Source: Chromera velia
Lineage: Eukaryota
Length of the DNA: 64,000 nucleotides
Assembly: GCA_018398765.1 (NCBI GenBank)
Contig: JAHBMJ010000245.1
Location: 1 to 64,000 of the forward strand
Direction of reading: 5' to 3'
Shown: piece after piece, positions 37,675 through 48,953 of the stretch
How positions within the stretch are numbered: the first letter of the stretch is position 1
Layout of the letters: each line of letters opens with the position of its first letter
Program-made: the position numbers and the translations under genes
Notes under the pieces: generated by a model
Seen by the model: the letters and a program-made list of their open reading frames with translations, nothing else
Database searches by the model: none
What the model was told of the DNA's origin: nothing

Positions 37675-40600
37675 TTACATGAGTGCGGCAGCAAGCATCT
37701 CTGTCGATTCACACGCATTCACAAAGATTTCAAATAGACGCGCAGAATTAGGGATGTACAGCTCTACTGTATTCCTCACTGCTTCCTTTACTGCCTCAAA
37801 GCTCTCTTCTTCTTTCTTTCCCCACTCAAACGATGTATCTCCCCTCAGCAATGCATACAGAGAACCTGCTTTTTTGCTGAAGCGAGGCATAAAACATCTC
37901 ACCCAATTTGCAAAACCAAGGAAAGAAAGCACATCGTTCTTGCTCTTGGGGGTGGGCCACTTACTGACTTGTTCAGCCTTGCTCCTCTCTGGATGCACCC
38001 CCGTCCACGAAATCTTCAGTCCCAGAAAAACGACTTCAGTCTGCATGAAATGACATTTAGAGAGCTTTGCCTTCATACTGTTCTTACCAAGCAACCCCAA
38101 CACAATTCGTATATATTTTTTATATTTCTCTCTAGTACATGAATAGATGAGAATGTCATCAAGAAAGACAGACACAAAACGATCGAGGCACGAATGAAGA
38201 ACATACTGAATCACTCTCATTCCATGCGGTGGGGCGTTCGTCAATCCAAAAGAGATGACCAGCCACTCAAAGGAACCATAACAAGTCGTGAAGGCTATCT
38301 TCGGGATATCCTCCTCCCTCATTCTCATCTGATGGTAGTACTGACGTAAATCCAGCATCGTGAAAAAGCGTGCCCCATGCAGACGATCAATCAATTCCTG
38401 AGGGTGAGGGAGAGAATATTTATCTTTGATCGTTATTTTATTCAGTCCAGTATAGTCACAGCACATACGCATGGTGCCATCTTTTTTCTGGATAAAAAGG
38501 ATCGGGGCAACGTATGGAGACGCTGACGGATGAATGAATCCTTGCTGAAGATATGCATCTATCTGCCTTCTCAGTTCATCTAACTCTGTGATCAACAAAC
38601 GATAGGGTGGGCAGGCGGGAGGAGAATGATCTGACTCAAGCTCAATTTTGAAATCCAAATCAGGTCCTTTTGAGGGAGGCAACTCTTTCAATCGATCAGG
38701 AAAGAGAATCGCATAATCAGCTACAATTTTTTTTATATCAAGCGCAACCTCAACATCTGGTCGAGAGAGAAATTCACACACATCTGACAAGTCAGAGGCC
38801 GACCAAGCAGGATGATCAGATAGAAGAGAAGATAGAAAATCAGAACCCAAAATCCCCCCATCATTCATTCTCCCCTTTCCTTTTCCCTCATTCACTTCAG
38901 TCATACAGACGTTGCAGGCAGGTTGGCGTGCCGTCTCCAATCGCATGAGATGACAGACGGCACCTCTCTTGATCGCTCGCTTAGCCTGCAAATGCGACAC
39001 AATGGGAGGGTAAGGTCTATTTTCTACACACGCACCCCCCCAGAGATTTACTTCCTTACCGTCAAAGAAGAAGCGAAGAGAACGAGACCAGTGGCTGATT
39101 TCAGGTTGATAGACATCATTCCATTTCCGTCCAAGAATGATGTCGTAGCCATCCAGATCAGCAAGCAATGCACCGACTGTCTTCTGATACTCCTGAATTC
39201 GGAGGGGCACACTGTCAGTAGGTGTATACTCACTGACCTCTCGTCTCCTCGGTTCCTTCACGGCGACCTGGCAATTAAGAAGAGTACCAAACCTGCGAAC
39301 ATGCAACTGCCGATGGTGTGCAAACTTGCTATCGATAAAAATATCATCGGCTCCAATGTCATATAAAACTCTGACTGAAGCACCCATGACCGTGCCATGA
39401 TAGACAAAACCAGTCTCAAACGAATCCTCATCATCTTCATCTGTCTCATTCCATTCATTCTTTCTCTTTTGTCCATCTCCCTCCTCAACCACACTACGTA
39501 CCTCTTGGTCTCCTTCGACCACGACGTCATCATTTGGGCTTCGGTGTCTGATCGTCCTCACCCCGGCTATCCGTTTGGATCTATCTGTACGTGCTGGTAA
39601 TCCATACCCCCGAGGCTGAGGAGATCCACCGAACAATGGAGACTGTACGCGTCCCTCACCTCTCCTTCCAGGCGATATCGGTGACCCCGGACTGTCACCT
39701 CGCCGACCAGATCTGCCTCCCACTCCCGATGACTGGGCTCCCTGACCGGCGAAAGGATTCGGAAATGGGTAGGGGGTTGATGCTTGCCAGGGGTAACCCG
39801 GAGGCTGCCAGGGGGACTGGAAAGATCTGGTCTGGGACGTCCAGATGGTTCGTATGTGTAGGGGCAACTGGGGTCCGTTACCGCACTGCCTGACCTGATG
39901 GTCCAGCTTTCTACATAGCAAACAACGATGCAGTCTCCGTCTGTTGTCCCACACTGCCTGCGGAATCGTGGGGTGACGTGGTGGCAACCCCATAAGCCTC
40001 CAAAGAGCATCAAACCCACACAATTCCATTAGCGCCGGTCCTGTCGGGTTGATCAGCTCCAATGCTGTAAGCGTGGGCATGTTTCTCTGCCTCCACTTAC
40101 CCTTACGAGAGCTGACATCCTGCAGCCAGAGCTCATTGTCAAGGGCCTTCTCCATCGCTTCCTCCAAAGTGATGGGTTCTGCTCGGTCCCTCTCATACCT
40201 GATGACAGGAGGCAACCCCTCGATATAGTCATCAACCAAATCCAACTTATTGGCTCCTGGGATCTTCAGAGCGAATGTAGAGAAATCTTCGTTGTAGTCA
40301 GTGACGGACCTTTTGCACATGAGGGTAAGAACCTTCCTCCTCACCTTCCTCCGCTCATGCTTCTCCTTGTACCTCCCTCTTAGCACTTCACGCAGTGCTG
40401 GCCAGTCCACAAAACCCTGTCTATGCTTCAGCCTCAAGTCAAACCAGTTCCTTAAGGGTGCAGACAGAAAAGTCTTAGCGATTCCCAGTTGACGATGATG
40501 AGGGACTTGAGCGTTGATGAAGTAGTCATCAGTGTTCGTGATAAACCTCTCCGTTTGGTCGCGGCGTCCAGTAAACGTCTCCGGCTTCACCAGAGTGATG

Positions 40601-40854
40601 CAAGACACCTGCTCACGTTCTTTAACTTCAGGGCCCTGAGGTGTAGCAAGAGGAAGTGCACCTTCAGCTGGAAAGACAGGCTGTGGAGCAGCGATAGATT
40701 GAGCTGCGACCACACCTAAAAAAATCTGCTGGATCTGCTGGTTACTCTCCTGCAAAGCTGCAAAGCCTTGCTGCAGTGTCGTAAAGCCCTGCTGAAGGTT
40801 CTGCAAGGCATTTCCGACCTGTTCAGAAGTCAATGGAACGGGAACTGGTTCCAT
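37675..40854 (-). CDS. Gypsy gag-protease-reverse transcriptase polyprotein (prematurely terminated)
   Basis: KPETFTG gag, degenerate zinc knuckle CLLCRKLDHQVRQC, protease LYDIGA and YDIILG, RT RMCCDY..LN..DKY and FLDDIL. Confidence 0.95.
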   Translation of the reverse strand: MEPVPVPLTSEQVGNALQNLQQGFTTLQQGFAALQESNQQIQQIFLGVVAAQSIAAPQPVFPAEGALPLATPQGPEVKEREQVSCITLVKPETFTGRRDQTERFITNTDDYFINAQVPHHRQLGIAKTFLSAPLRNWFDLRLKHRQGFVDWPALREVLRGRYKEKHERRKVRRKVLTLMCKRSVTDYNEDFSTFALKIPGANKLDLVDDYIEGLPPVIRYERDRAEPITLEEAMEKALDNELWLQDVSSRKGKWRQRNMPTLTALELINPTGPALMELCGFDALWRLMGLPPRHPTIPQAVWDNRRRLHRCLLCRKLDHQVRQCGNGPQLPLHIRTIWTSQTRSFQSPWQPPGYPWQASTPYPFPNPFAGQGAQSSGVGGRSGRRGDSPGSPISPGRRGEGRVQSPLFGGSPQPRGYGLPARTDRSKRIAGVRTIRHRSPNDDVVVEGDQEVRSVVEEGDGQKRKNEWNETDEDDEDSFETGFVYHGTVMGASVRVLYDIGADDIFIDSKFAHHRQLHVRRFGTLLNCQVAVKEPRRREVSEYTPTDSVPLRIQEYQKTVGALLADLDGYDIILGRKWNDVYQPEISHWSRSLRFFFDGKEVNLWGGACVENRPYPPIVSHLQAKRAIKRGAVCHLMRLETARQPACNVCMTEVNEGKGKGRMNDGGILGSDFLSSLLSDHPAWSASDLSDVCEFLSRPDVEVALDIKKIVADYAILFPDRLKELPPSKGPDLDFKIELESDHSPPACPPYRLLITELDELRRQIDAYLQQGFIHPSASPYVAPILFIQKKDGTMRMCCDYTGLNKITIKDKYSLPHPQELIDRLHGARFFTMLDLRQYYHQMRMREEDIPKIAFTTCYGSFEWLVISFGLTNAPPHGMRVIQYVLHSCLDRFVSVFLDDILIYSCTREKYKKYIRIVLGLLGKNSMKAKLSKCHFMQTEVVFLGLKISWTGVHPERSKAEQVSKWPTPKSKNDVLSFLGFANWVRCFMPRFSKKAGSLYALLRGDTSFEWGKKEEESFEAVKEAVRNTVELYIPNSARLFEIFVNACESTEMLAAALM

Positions 40855-43150
40855 TGAGAAAACTCAATCTGAAGACACTGAGAGAATCAAAACCTGTTCG
40901 GAACCTGGCTCTGGTAACCAATTGTTAGCTATATACGGGGCTCTCTGAACTCTAATAGCTAAGATGGGCATTCGAGTTCAGTGACTATAAGTGTCATAGA
41001 AAGTCTGATCTAGGAGAGTTGTCCTGTTAATTCATCAGTCAGATGCTACCACATCAATCAAGCGTGCATGCAGGCAGACTGATCAATTCCGACGTCAGGC
41101 CACGTCAGAATTATATAGGCCGTCACTCATAGCGCCGCCACGCCTTGAGCCCGTCGCCTGCCCGCTGCTCATGTCCGGCCTACACAACCTATCTAACTCT
41201 CTTTCTAAAGCTTGACTCAAATTGTCTCCCTTTTTTCTTTTCCATTCTCTCACTACCTGTCTTTTCATCATGACGTCTTTCAGAAAGGTATCGACATTCT
41301 TATCGGCCTCATTCAAAAGAAAAGAGAATAGAACGATCTTGTCTACCTTTCCTTCACCACCCACTTTCTATCTCTTGCTATTTGCAGCTCTCTCCTCTCT
41401 CCTTTTCACCGAAGTCCAACGTGTCATCAAAGCTTGCAAGCAGTCTGCCCTCTCTCCATTATGCAGAAGGCATTCAGTCAGCACACGGATTTCATCTTCG
41501 ACTGCTTGAATGTCAAGCAGGTCAAAGCAAACCATGCATTTCCTTTCTGTTAATGGGGTCCTTCTGCCTCTTTCTGTTGAGAACTTCCCCCTGTTTACCT
41601 CCATGTTTCTCTCTCCCACCCGAAATGCAGCCCTTCTTCTGTGAACAGGCCAGGGAGCTATCTTTGTGTAGCAGACGGGAGTTCTCCCTATCTTATCTCT
41701 ATCTAATGAATGAAAGCAATTCAAACAATTTAAAGCTCCTAGCATAGACGCCGCGGTATAAAAACGAGTTCATACTCCCAAAGTTCGATTAGTGTCAATT
41801 GAAAAGCAAAATAAACAATAAAACGTTGACAATGTACGTAGTCTGATCGAGATGCACGCCCCTCTTTTCTCAAAGAAAGAATGCAACCGAACTATGAAGA
41901 TTGCGAATGCCGTAACATGCAGGCTTCCAGATCAAAAGAAAAAGATGACCCGGCCACGAACAATTGAATCTGCTCATTAGTACTGCGCAACTGCACATGT
42001 ATTCCCCCACAATCCCTCGCATTCCGACCACGCACTGTACGCAGAACTTCTTTTCCTGCACCCACGCATAACACTACACCTCCATCTGTAACGAGAGGAA
42101 ACGTACCCTTCGCACACGAGAATGAATGACAGAAGGACGGCAAGCAAATTTCATGCCCTGGTATTTCCAGTACGCGTGTCAAACTGTCATGCATCTGACA
42201 GAGAGGCTGTGTCTCCTTCAAGGCACATGCTCACTCGATCAATGCAGGCCCTGGAGATGCGGCTGCCTCATCATGGATGGCTGTGTCGCTTTCATGCACA
42301 AATCATGCAGCACGATCGAAGACGAAGAGCGGATCGACGCCACAAGCACCGGTCGACACGTGCAGACACACAATACTTCCTTTCCATGCCCTCGCTCGAT
42401 ACGCAAGCAAACAGAACAGGCAGGCAGGCGTACAGGAGACCGTCACAACACGAGAAAGACTACTGTACCTCGCACCATTGAACACCCACCCATGCCTCGC
42501 TCATGTAGCATCAACTCAGTGGTGATCGTGCAGAAGCAGAAAGGAAGAAGTGATAAATCTCCTTGCTTATTGATGCATGACACGAACAGAAAAACAGTTC
42601 ATCTAAGAGTTGACAATCCTTTTGCCAACCTTATCCCATCTTGCCCTCCCTCCATGCCCCCCTTTCTTTCGTTCGCAGACCAACGACACCCCCACCATAA
42701 TGGACCGATTTCCCTTTCCTTACGCGCATACATGTATGTGAATTTGTCTCACGGTTCTTCTTTCACTTTGAGCTTGATGTGGTCTGCATGGAGGACGAGA
42801 CTCCCGAACACTCAGGGAAGAGCCGCAGCAGGAAAGAAAAAACAGTCAAAACAAATAGAGGAAACACGGAAGTGCAAACAGTGAGGAAGGAAAATTTCGT
42901 ACAAACAACCCTTCGAGTGCCTCACGCCACGCCCTTTCAGCATCAGAAATCCATCCAATCCACCCAGCCACCCCAACAACAAGCACCTGTTAATATGAAG
43001 GCGTTCCTCTCTCCCCCTCTCCCTCCCTCTCCTCTGCCACCATCTGATTCGTGTGGCTGCCCTGACTGGAACGCCTTCTCGAGCTACATCACAATCCCTC
43101 CCACCTCTCTCCTCCTTTCCCCTCACAAGCCCTCCCTCTTGTTCTCCTTT

Positions 43151-43723
43151 TCACTCGATGTTGATCTGCCGAGCCTGGTGCTCGGGGGGAGGGAGCTTGG
43201 GCACAGTGACCTCCAGGACTCCGTCTGTGAACTTGGCCTTGATGTCCTCTTGGTTGGCCGTCTCCGGGAGTCTCAGAGCTCTGGTGAACTTTCCAGAGGT
43301 CCTCTCTCTCACGAACCACTGTTCGTTCTCCCCCTTCTCCTCACTGGCCTCCTCACGTTGACCGGAGAGACGGAGCATCCCGTCCCTGACCTCAATCTTC
43401 ACGTCTTCCTTCTTCACACCCGGAAGGTCGGCGTGAACAGTCAGACGGTCCTCGTAGTCTCTCACATCCCAGCGAGGAGCGAAGCCGAACATCGGACTTG
43501 CACGGCGAACTCCCAGCCTGTTCTCCCGGCCAGCACCAGAGCCGTGAGGCACAACCTGTTGCTGCTCCGGGGTGGTGGCGCGGGTCCTGTTCTGATCCTC
43601 GAGCATCGGGTTCGGGTTCTCCCAAGTTGGAACGAAGTCAGAGAAGAGATCGCGATGCATCCTGTCGATGTCTGCGTGCATCCGCTGAATCTCTCTGAAG
43701 GGATCGAAGAAAAAGCTCGACAT
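43151..43723 (-). CDS. HSP20: Small heat shock protein (HSP20 / alpha-crystallin domain), intronless, 190 aa
   Basis: MSSFFFDPFRE..PRWDVRD..ADLPGVKKEDVKIEV..LSGQR..RERTSGKFTRALRLP..IKAKFTDGVLEVTVPK..QINIE. Confidence 0.97.
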   Translation of the reverse strand: MSSFFFDPFREIQRMHADIDRMHRDLFSDFVPTWENPNPMLEDQNRTRATTPEQQQVVPHGSGAGRENRLGVRRASPMFGFAPRWDVRDYEDRLTVHADLPGVKKEDVKIEVRDGMLRLSGQREEASEEKGENEQWFVRERTSGKFTRALRLPETANQEDIKAKFTDGVLEVTVPKLPPPEHQARQINIE

Positions 43724-44354
43724 CTTGGATGAGAAAGTGATCGGTTCAGAAGAAGAAGGCTCTACAGCACGCAGGTAGCAATTCTCGGCAAGCTTCTGCG
43801 TCAACGTGTAAGCGTCTCGTTTTGATGTTCAACAACAGCTTAAGCGATCTCTTTGAAGTGGTGATTCTGTTTGAACGATGTGTAGATGACTGGGAGGTGA
43901 GCTGTTCCCTTGAGCTTGCAACTGTTTTTTTCTCTTTGTGAAAGAAAGAAAAGGACACAGGACACCGAGTTGGGAGACAGGACGTCTCTAGCTCAGTGTC
44001 GTGCCAGACTGACGTCTGCTCGCGCTTGCTTGCACGGCCGCGGGCCACCACGGACCCATGCATGCACGCACGTTTGGGAAAAAACCCGAATCCTGTAAGA
44101 AGGCATGCCGGGGCCTCCTTGCATGGACTTCGACTAAGAGACGGCATGCAAGGAGACGTCGGAGACGCCTCGTCCATGAAAGCTCATCTGATGACTGCTC
44201 TTGATAGTAAAGCTTACAGTAACAAGGGCATGAGGCATCCTGCAGTACTCTGATTGGTTTTTGGAGCACACGCGCAGTCACAGACTCTTTTCCTGGTGGC
44301 GCTGGCTGTATACTTTTCCTCGCGCCAGCCTGTGTCTTTAGTTGGATAAGGAGA

Positions 44355-45164
44355 ATGATGGAGGATTCTTCTCAACCCTTCGTTCCTCCAGGGAGAAAGT
44401 TTCTGCTCGTTCGGCACGGCAATACTGAGAAAGTGGCGGTAGACTCAGACAGGAAACTGACCGAGAAGGGCGAACAGCAGTGCGCTTCCTTCAGGACGAA
44501 GTATGCTGCCGAATTAAGCCGGGTGAAAATTTGTGTCGCTTCGTCCGTGGTGCGAACGATGGACAGTGCTTGGCGCCTGGTCGGCATGTCTTCCGAGACT
44601 GAGAAAAACTCAGAAATTGCAGTTCCTGTAGCCCCACAAAGACAGAGTGGCGTGGAGGTGAAGCCCCTCGACGAGCTCTATTTCATCCGGCCCGGGTTTC
44701 AAACGCCAGCGATGAAATATGCGGACGTCCAGCTTGGCTATGCGCCTGTTCAGAAGTACATGGAGTTAGTACCAGGAGCATATGAGCCTGGGGCGCGGCA
44801 GATGCTTGAGGCAGTGATGAATGCTGTAGACTCAACAGAGGGTGATGTGCTGATTGTTGGACATGCGATTCATCTCTCCTATCTGGGGCTGGCGCTCATC
44901 GATGCCATCGTGGAAGAGAGACGCGAAGAATGGGACAGAGGGAAGCCAGGCGGACAGAGTGTAGAGGAATGGCGGGAGGCTGCGCGCAGAGCGGTGCTTC
45001 CTGTCAATGTGGGTGAAGTGTGTGGTTTCGAGATCTGTGCCGACAGCGGCGTGAGGTATCTGCCAAATCCTTTGGGTACTGACTTTGTCACGGCAACATG
45101 TAACGCCGCTTTTGTCGGTCCAGGCGCCGCCGAGTCCCATCCTCAGATAGGTGCAGACCCTTAA
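44355..45164 (+). CDS. Histidine phosphatase superfamily (SixA / phosphoglycerate mutase-like) protein, intronless, 269 aa
   Basis: LLVRHG catalytic motif, DSDRKLTEKG, ASSVVRTMDSA, and VLIVGH second histidine. Confidence 0.92.
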   Translation: MMEDSSQPFVPPGRKFLLVRHGNTEKVAVDSDRKLTEKGEQQCASFRTKYAAELSRVKICVASSVVRTMDSAWRLVGMSSETEKNSEIAVPVAPQRQSGVEVKPLDELYFIRPGFQTPAMKYADVQLGYAPVQKYMELVPGAYEPGARQMLEAVMNAVDSTEGDVLIVGHAIHLSYLGLALIDAIVEERREEWDRGKPGGQSVEEWREAARRAVLPVNVGEVCGFEICADSGVRYLPNPLGTDFVTATCNAAFVGPGAAESHPQIGADP

Positions 45165-45631
45165 ATACGGCTGCTTTGCCCTGAAAAGTTCTGAGTCTCT
45201 TGTGGAGGACGACACGTGACGGCAAAGAAGCATGAGAAGAGTGCGATGATCACATTCGCATCGACACAAGAATGAACTTCAATCAAGACTTTTCGTATTC
45301 ACGCATCTAAGCAAAACATATTTTTCCATACATTCAGATAGTATGCACAGACACATTTCCGTTTCTGCTGTCTTATTCCTCAGCATGCTGCTATGATCTT
45401 TCCCCTGACTGATGGACATTCTCTCAGAGCATCGTTTTTCAAAAGATCGTCCATGCCTGCGGCGTAGACGGTTAAGACACCATCCAGATATGCGGCTTTG
45501 GCTTTCAAAACACCATAAAAGATCTACGCCTGCGGCGCGGACTTTCAAGTTTATCCAAAAATGCGGTTTAAACTTTTAAGTGGTAGTTAGATTCAAGGAG
45601 GTCCACTAGGTTACACGAAGAATGTATTATT

Positions 45632-45693
45632 CGCACATCGAGCGCTCGGCATTGGGGCAGGAAGCCAATTCTTCAGACATTAATCCTATCCTA
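45632..45693 (+). mobile_element. About 60-bp 3' end of the same LINE family as 34592-34657
   Basis: CGCACATCGAGCGCTCGGCATTGGGGCAGGAAGCCAATTCTTCAGACATTAATCCTATCCTA aligns to the reverse complement of 34594-34656. Candidate TSD AAT(G/A)TATTAT. Confidence 0.75.
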
Positions 45694-46365
45694 TTAATAT
45701 ATTATATTAATATACATTTGATTGAAACATTACAAACCCAGAAAATGTCAAACCCGGATTGAAACGAAATTTGAATTCAGTCTTACAGAGACTAGATAAA
45801 ACTTGATTAAACTAGACTAGATGAGACTAGACTAGACTGAACGCAATAAAAAGTTTAAAAGAGTTGTTATCGAATCAAATTGAATTGAATTCAGGCGGTG
45901 AAAGCCGGTAAACCAAAGTGGCTGCATGTTTGCATACCACTGTACATGATTCTTCCTTTTTTTTCTGGCTTACTGGTTTCGGCCGAGGATCTCGTGAAAT
46001 TCCGTCTGACAGGAAAGACGGAGATCGAACCCGCTTCTCCCCCAGTGCACCTATAGGCTCGATCAGCAGCGCAGCGAACGGAATTGACGGAATTCAGAGA
46101 TGGGCAACAAAAGAGAAAACAGAGGAAGCTCAATTGAGCCACACACAACCACGACAATCCGACCCGCATAACGAACACTCGAAATCGTCACAAAGCACAT
46201 CCACTGCTCGAGGCAGATTTCTTTCCTTTCTCCGGCCGACTACCTGACTGCCGACAAAAAAAAAGGACGGTCCAAGCTCTCTTTCCGATTTTTGTCCTCC
46301 CTCCTTTCCTCTCCCTTTCCACCGTCCAACCTCCACTCTTTTCCTTCCTTTCTTCCTCCACTTGA

Positions 46366-46454
46366 TCACTCCAAGAGCGTCCTTGCCCCATTGGCCTCTG
46401 CCTCCTTAGTGAAGGCCTCCATCGTGCCGTCATTCAGAGCCCGTCTGCAGCCGT

Positions 46455-46489
<35 letters not shown>

Positions 46490-48922
46490 TACATACATCT
46501 CTGTACACAGAAATACATCCATTTGAGCAAAGATAACTGTAAAGTAAGCTTTCGTAGCCGCCAATGCGGAATTTATGGAGCCGTTTCGCATTCATACTTC
46601 GTTTTTGTTGGCGGAGACAGAGAGGAAGAAACTGATAGGTTCAATGAGCCGTCTCTTCCATCCGTCGTTCTTTCTTTCTCTCCCTCCTTCCCTTCTTCAT
46701 TCATTCATTCATTCCTTACCGCTCTGAAGCACCCTCTCGCACAGGGACTGAGGTGAGAATCAGACATGGTGGGTGGAACAGCTGAATGAGCATCCATCTT
46801 ATTTTTTGCTCATCTGAGAGGGACTCTCTTTCTCTCATCCAGACAGAGGAAGAAATCTGTCATGCAGTCAGACAGCTCCAATCATCCTCTTGCTCCCTGC
46901 ATTGGGTCGAGAGGAGGAGCATTACAGTCAGTCAGCCCCCCTCCGTACCCTAGAAACCTGCCCGCCTGACTGACTGACCGGATGGTGACTCTGGCTCTCC
47001 CCTTGCACCTGTTGGTGACGGGGTCGACGTCGAGTTGGTACCTAACCACGTGGCACTTCGTCCTGCATTCGTTCGTTCGTTGGGTTGGAGAGAGAGGGGT
47101 AGAGGAGACGCCAGACGGCGAAGTGGGGAAGCGAGCAGATAACTTTCATCTTCAAGAACACCAGAGATTCTGTAGGTCTTTGAAAGAATGGGAGTACGCC
47201 AGAGAGAAAAAAGAGGAAGCGCGATCGAAAGAAGCAGACACCCGCGCCGGCCCTGCAATCATCCCTCTTGCCTTCCTTTTCCTTCACCCACAATCACTCT
47301 TGCCGTCTTGTCCCTTCACACCCAATCCCACCTGCTTGCGATTTGACGCAGGTGCTCCTCTGTGATTTCGGAGGGGAGACCGAACAGATTCACAACGCGA
47401 ACCTGCAGTACACAGAAAAAAAAACATGTTCATACACAGGCATCAATCCAACAGCCTAATCGAGGCCGTTAGACCGAACCATGCATGTACATACAAAGAC
47501 CCCGAGGCCTCAGCCGGGCAGGCTGAGCGACCCTCGCCAAATAAAAACGTGAGAGGGGTCTTTCAGCGTCAGCAAGCTGAAACTGGAACACAACCACCCA
47601 CAACTCCAGATCGGAAAAGAGAGTCAAGACAGCACAACAATGTGGGAGAACGTACACGTAAAGGAATCGCGAAAGAAAAAAACAATGCCATTTGTTCTTT
47701 GAATGTGCGGAATGATACCCCCAAAATTGATCAAGTGAGACCTCTAGCAAAGAAAGACTTGACGAGGAGGCTGCCTGCCATGTGGTTGATATTTCCTTGT
47801 TCCCTTCTTCCGTCTGTCCCTCTTTCTCACCAGAGAATGTTACTGTCGTGCACAGATCTGCAGAAGCAAATGGCAGTGTTTGCCTGTCCGCCCCTCTTTC
47901 CTTGTTGCCTCCTTTCTTCCGTCCTTCTTATTCGAGATCTGAAGGCAGAGTAAGAGGAGCGCTGTAAGGAATGGGCCAAACGAAGGCAGGCAGACAGAAT
48001 GCGAAAGAGAAGAAAAGAAAGGTAAATGTACCTCCGTGTCCTCCTCCTTCTTCGTTCCTGCCGTCTCATAGAAGTCTCCTCTCATCAGTGAAGACTGCAT
48101 GGAACCAGGGGGGGGGGGGCAGGACAGAGAGAAAAGGTGTTAACAACAAGAAAGCTGAAGAAGAAAGAAAAAAAAAAAATCCCAATTCCCGCAGACCTGG
48201 CCGCATGGAGGCGGACAGACACCAACCCCTGCATGAGGGAACCTGAATGCCCAGGAGAAGCAAATAAATGGCGTCAAGGTACCAAAGTGAGTGCAGCACA
48301 GCGAGGAGGGGGGAGCACGGGGGTTGAAAAAAGAGACAAAAACAGAGTAAACTGCTCGTCAGAATGCTTAGAAACGGAAAGTAAGAGGAAAAGAAGAACC
48401 CTCATCAGGAAGGCACCTGCAGTCACCCCAATTCCATTCCAACACCGGACCCCCCTACCTGCAGGTGTGCCTGGGACACGTGTTTCCTCTGTGCGGTGCC
48501 ATCTGCCTGAGCCGTGTTCATCAGGGAATGTCTCTTCACGTCGTCACTTGTGGCCTGTGCGAAATTTTCCTGCAGGTCCAAAGAATGAGAGCTCTTTGAG
48601 GTTTGAAGAGAGAAACAGAGGGAGAGGAAAAACCAGCAGATGCTCCGGCAAACGGTGCCTCTCGGAGTGTGATGAGTGAAATGAGAAAGAGAAGAGGAAA
48701 AGGATCTGCATGCCTTCCCCTTAGCACGGAAGCACTGCTGCGAGTAAACTCATTTTGGACTGATCTTTCGTCTTGCCTGGAAGCCCAAACAGGCTTCTAA
48801 AAGCACGCAGACAGACAGGCAGGCAGACCTTTGCGGAGCTGCCCTGCGCAGGCAGAGGCAGAGAAGGGATTGCAGACTCATAGCTGTGCTGCATTTTCCT
48901 GCAAGAGGAAGGAGAAACAGGA

Positions 48923-48953
<31 letters not shown>

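Larger units (their letters stand above)
34982..41184 (-). mobile_element. Ty3/Gypsy chromovirus-type LTR retrotransposon, full length but decayed; LTRs 41184-40923 and 35456-34982
   Basis: TG..CA LTRs with TSD TAACC/CAACC. PBS-like TGGTTACCAGAGCC and purine-rich GAGCAGCGGGCAGG before the 3' LTR. Domain order is gag-PR-RT-RH-IN-chromodomain. Confidence 0.97.
34592..41745 (-). mobile_element. 5'-truncated LINE (RTEX-like C-terminus) split by the Gypsy insertion; pieces 41745-41185 and 34981-34592
   Basis: RRRAAFRVGERNMEVNRGKF..ERKCMVC..VEDEIRVLTEC resembles the Cys-containing C-terminal region of RTEX-type ORF2. One in-frame TAG at 41370-41368. After removing the Gypsy, the frame continues ELDRL-HQETWKSEKEREG..GME* (stop 34778-34776). 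A hairpin-rich 3' UTR and (AATCCT)n tail follow. Confidence 0.78.

Noticed and set aside
42779..43732. 317-aa plus-strand ORF
   Set aside because: It is the antisense shadow of HSP20.
43724..44354. Canonical heat-shock elements (nGAAnnTTCn arrays)
   Set aside because: No convincing triple inverted nGAAn array was seen.
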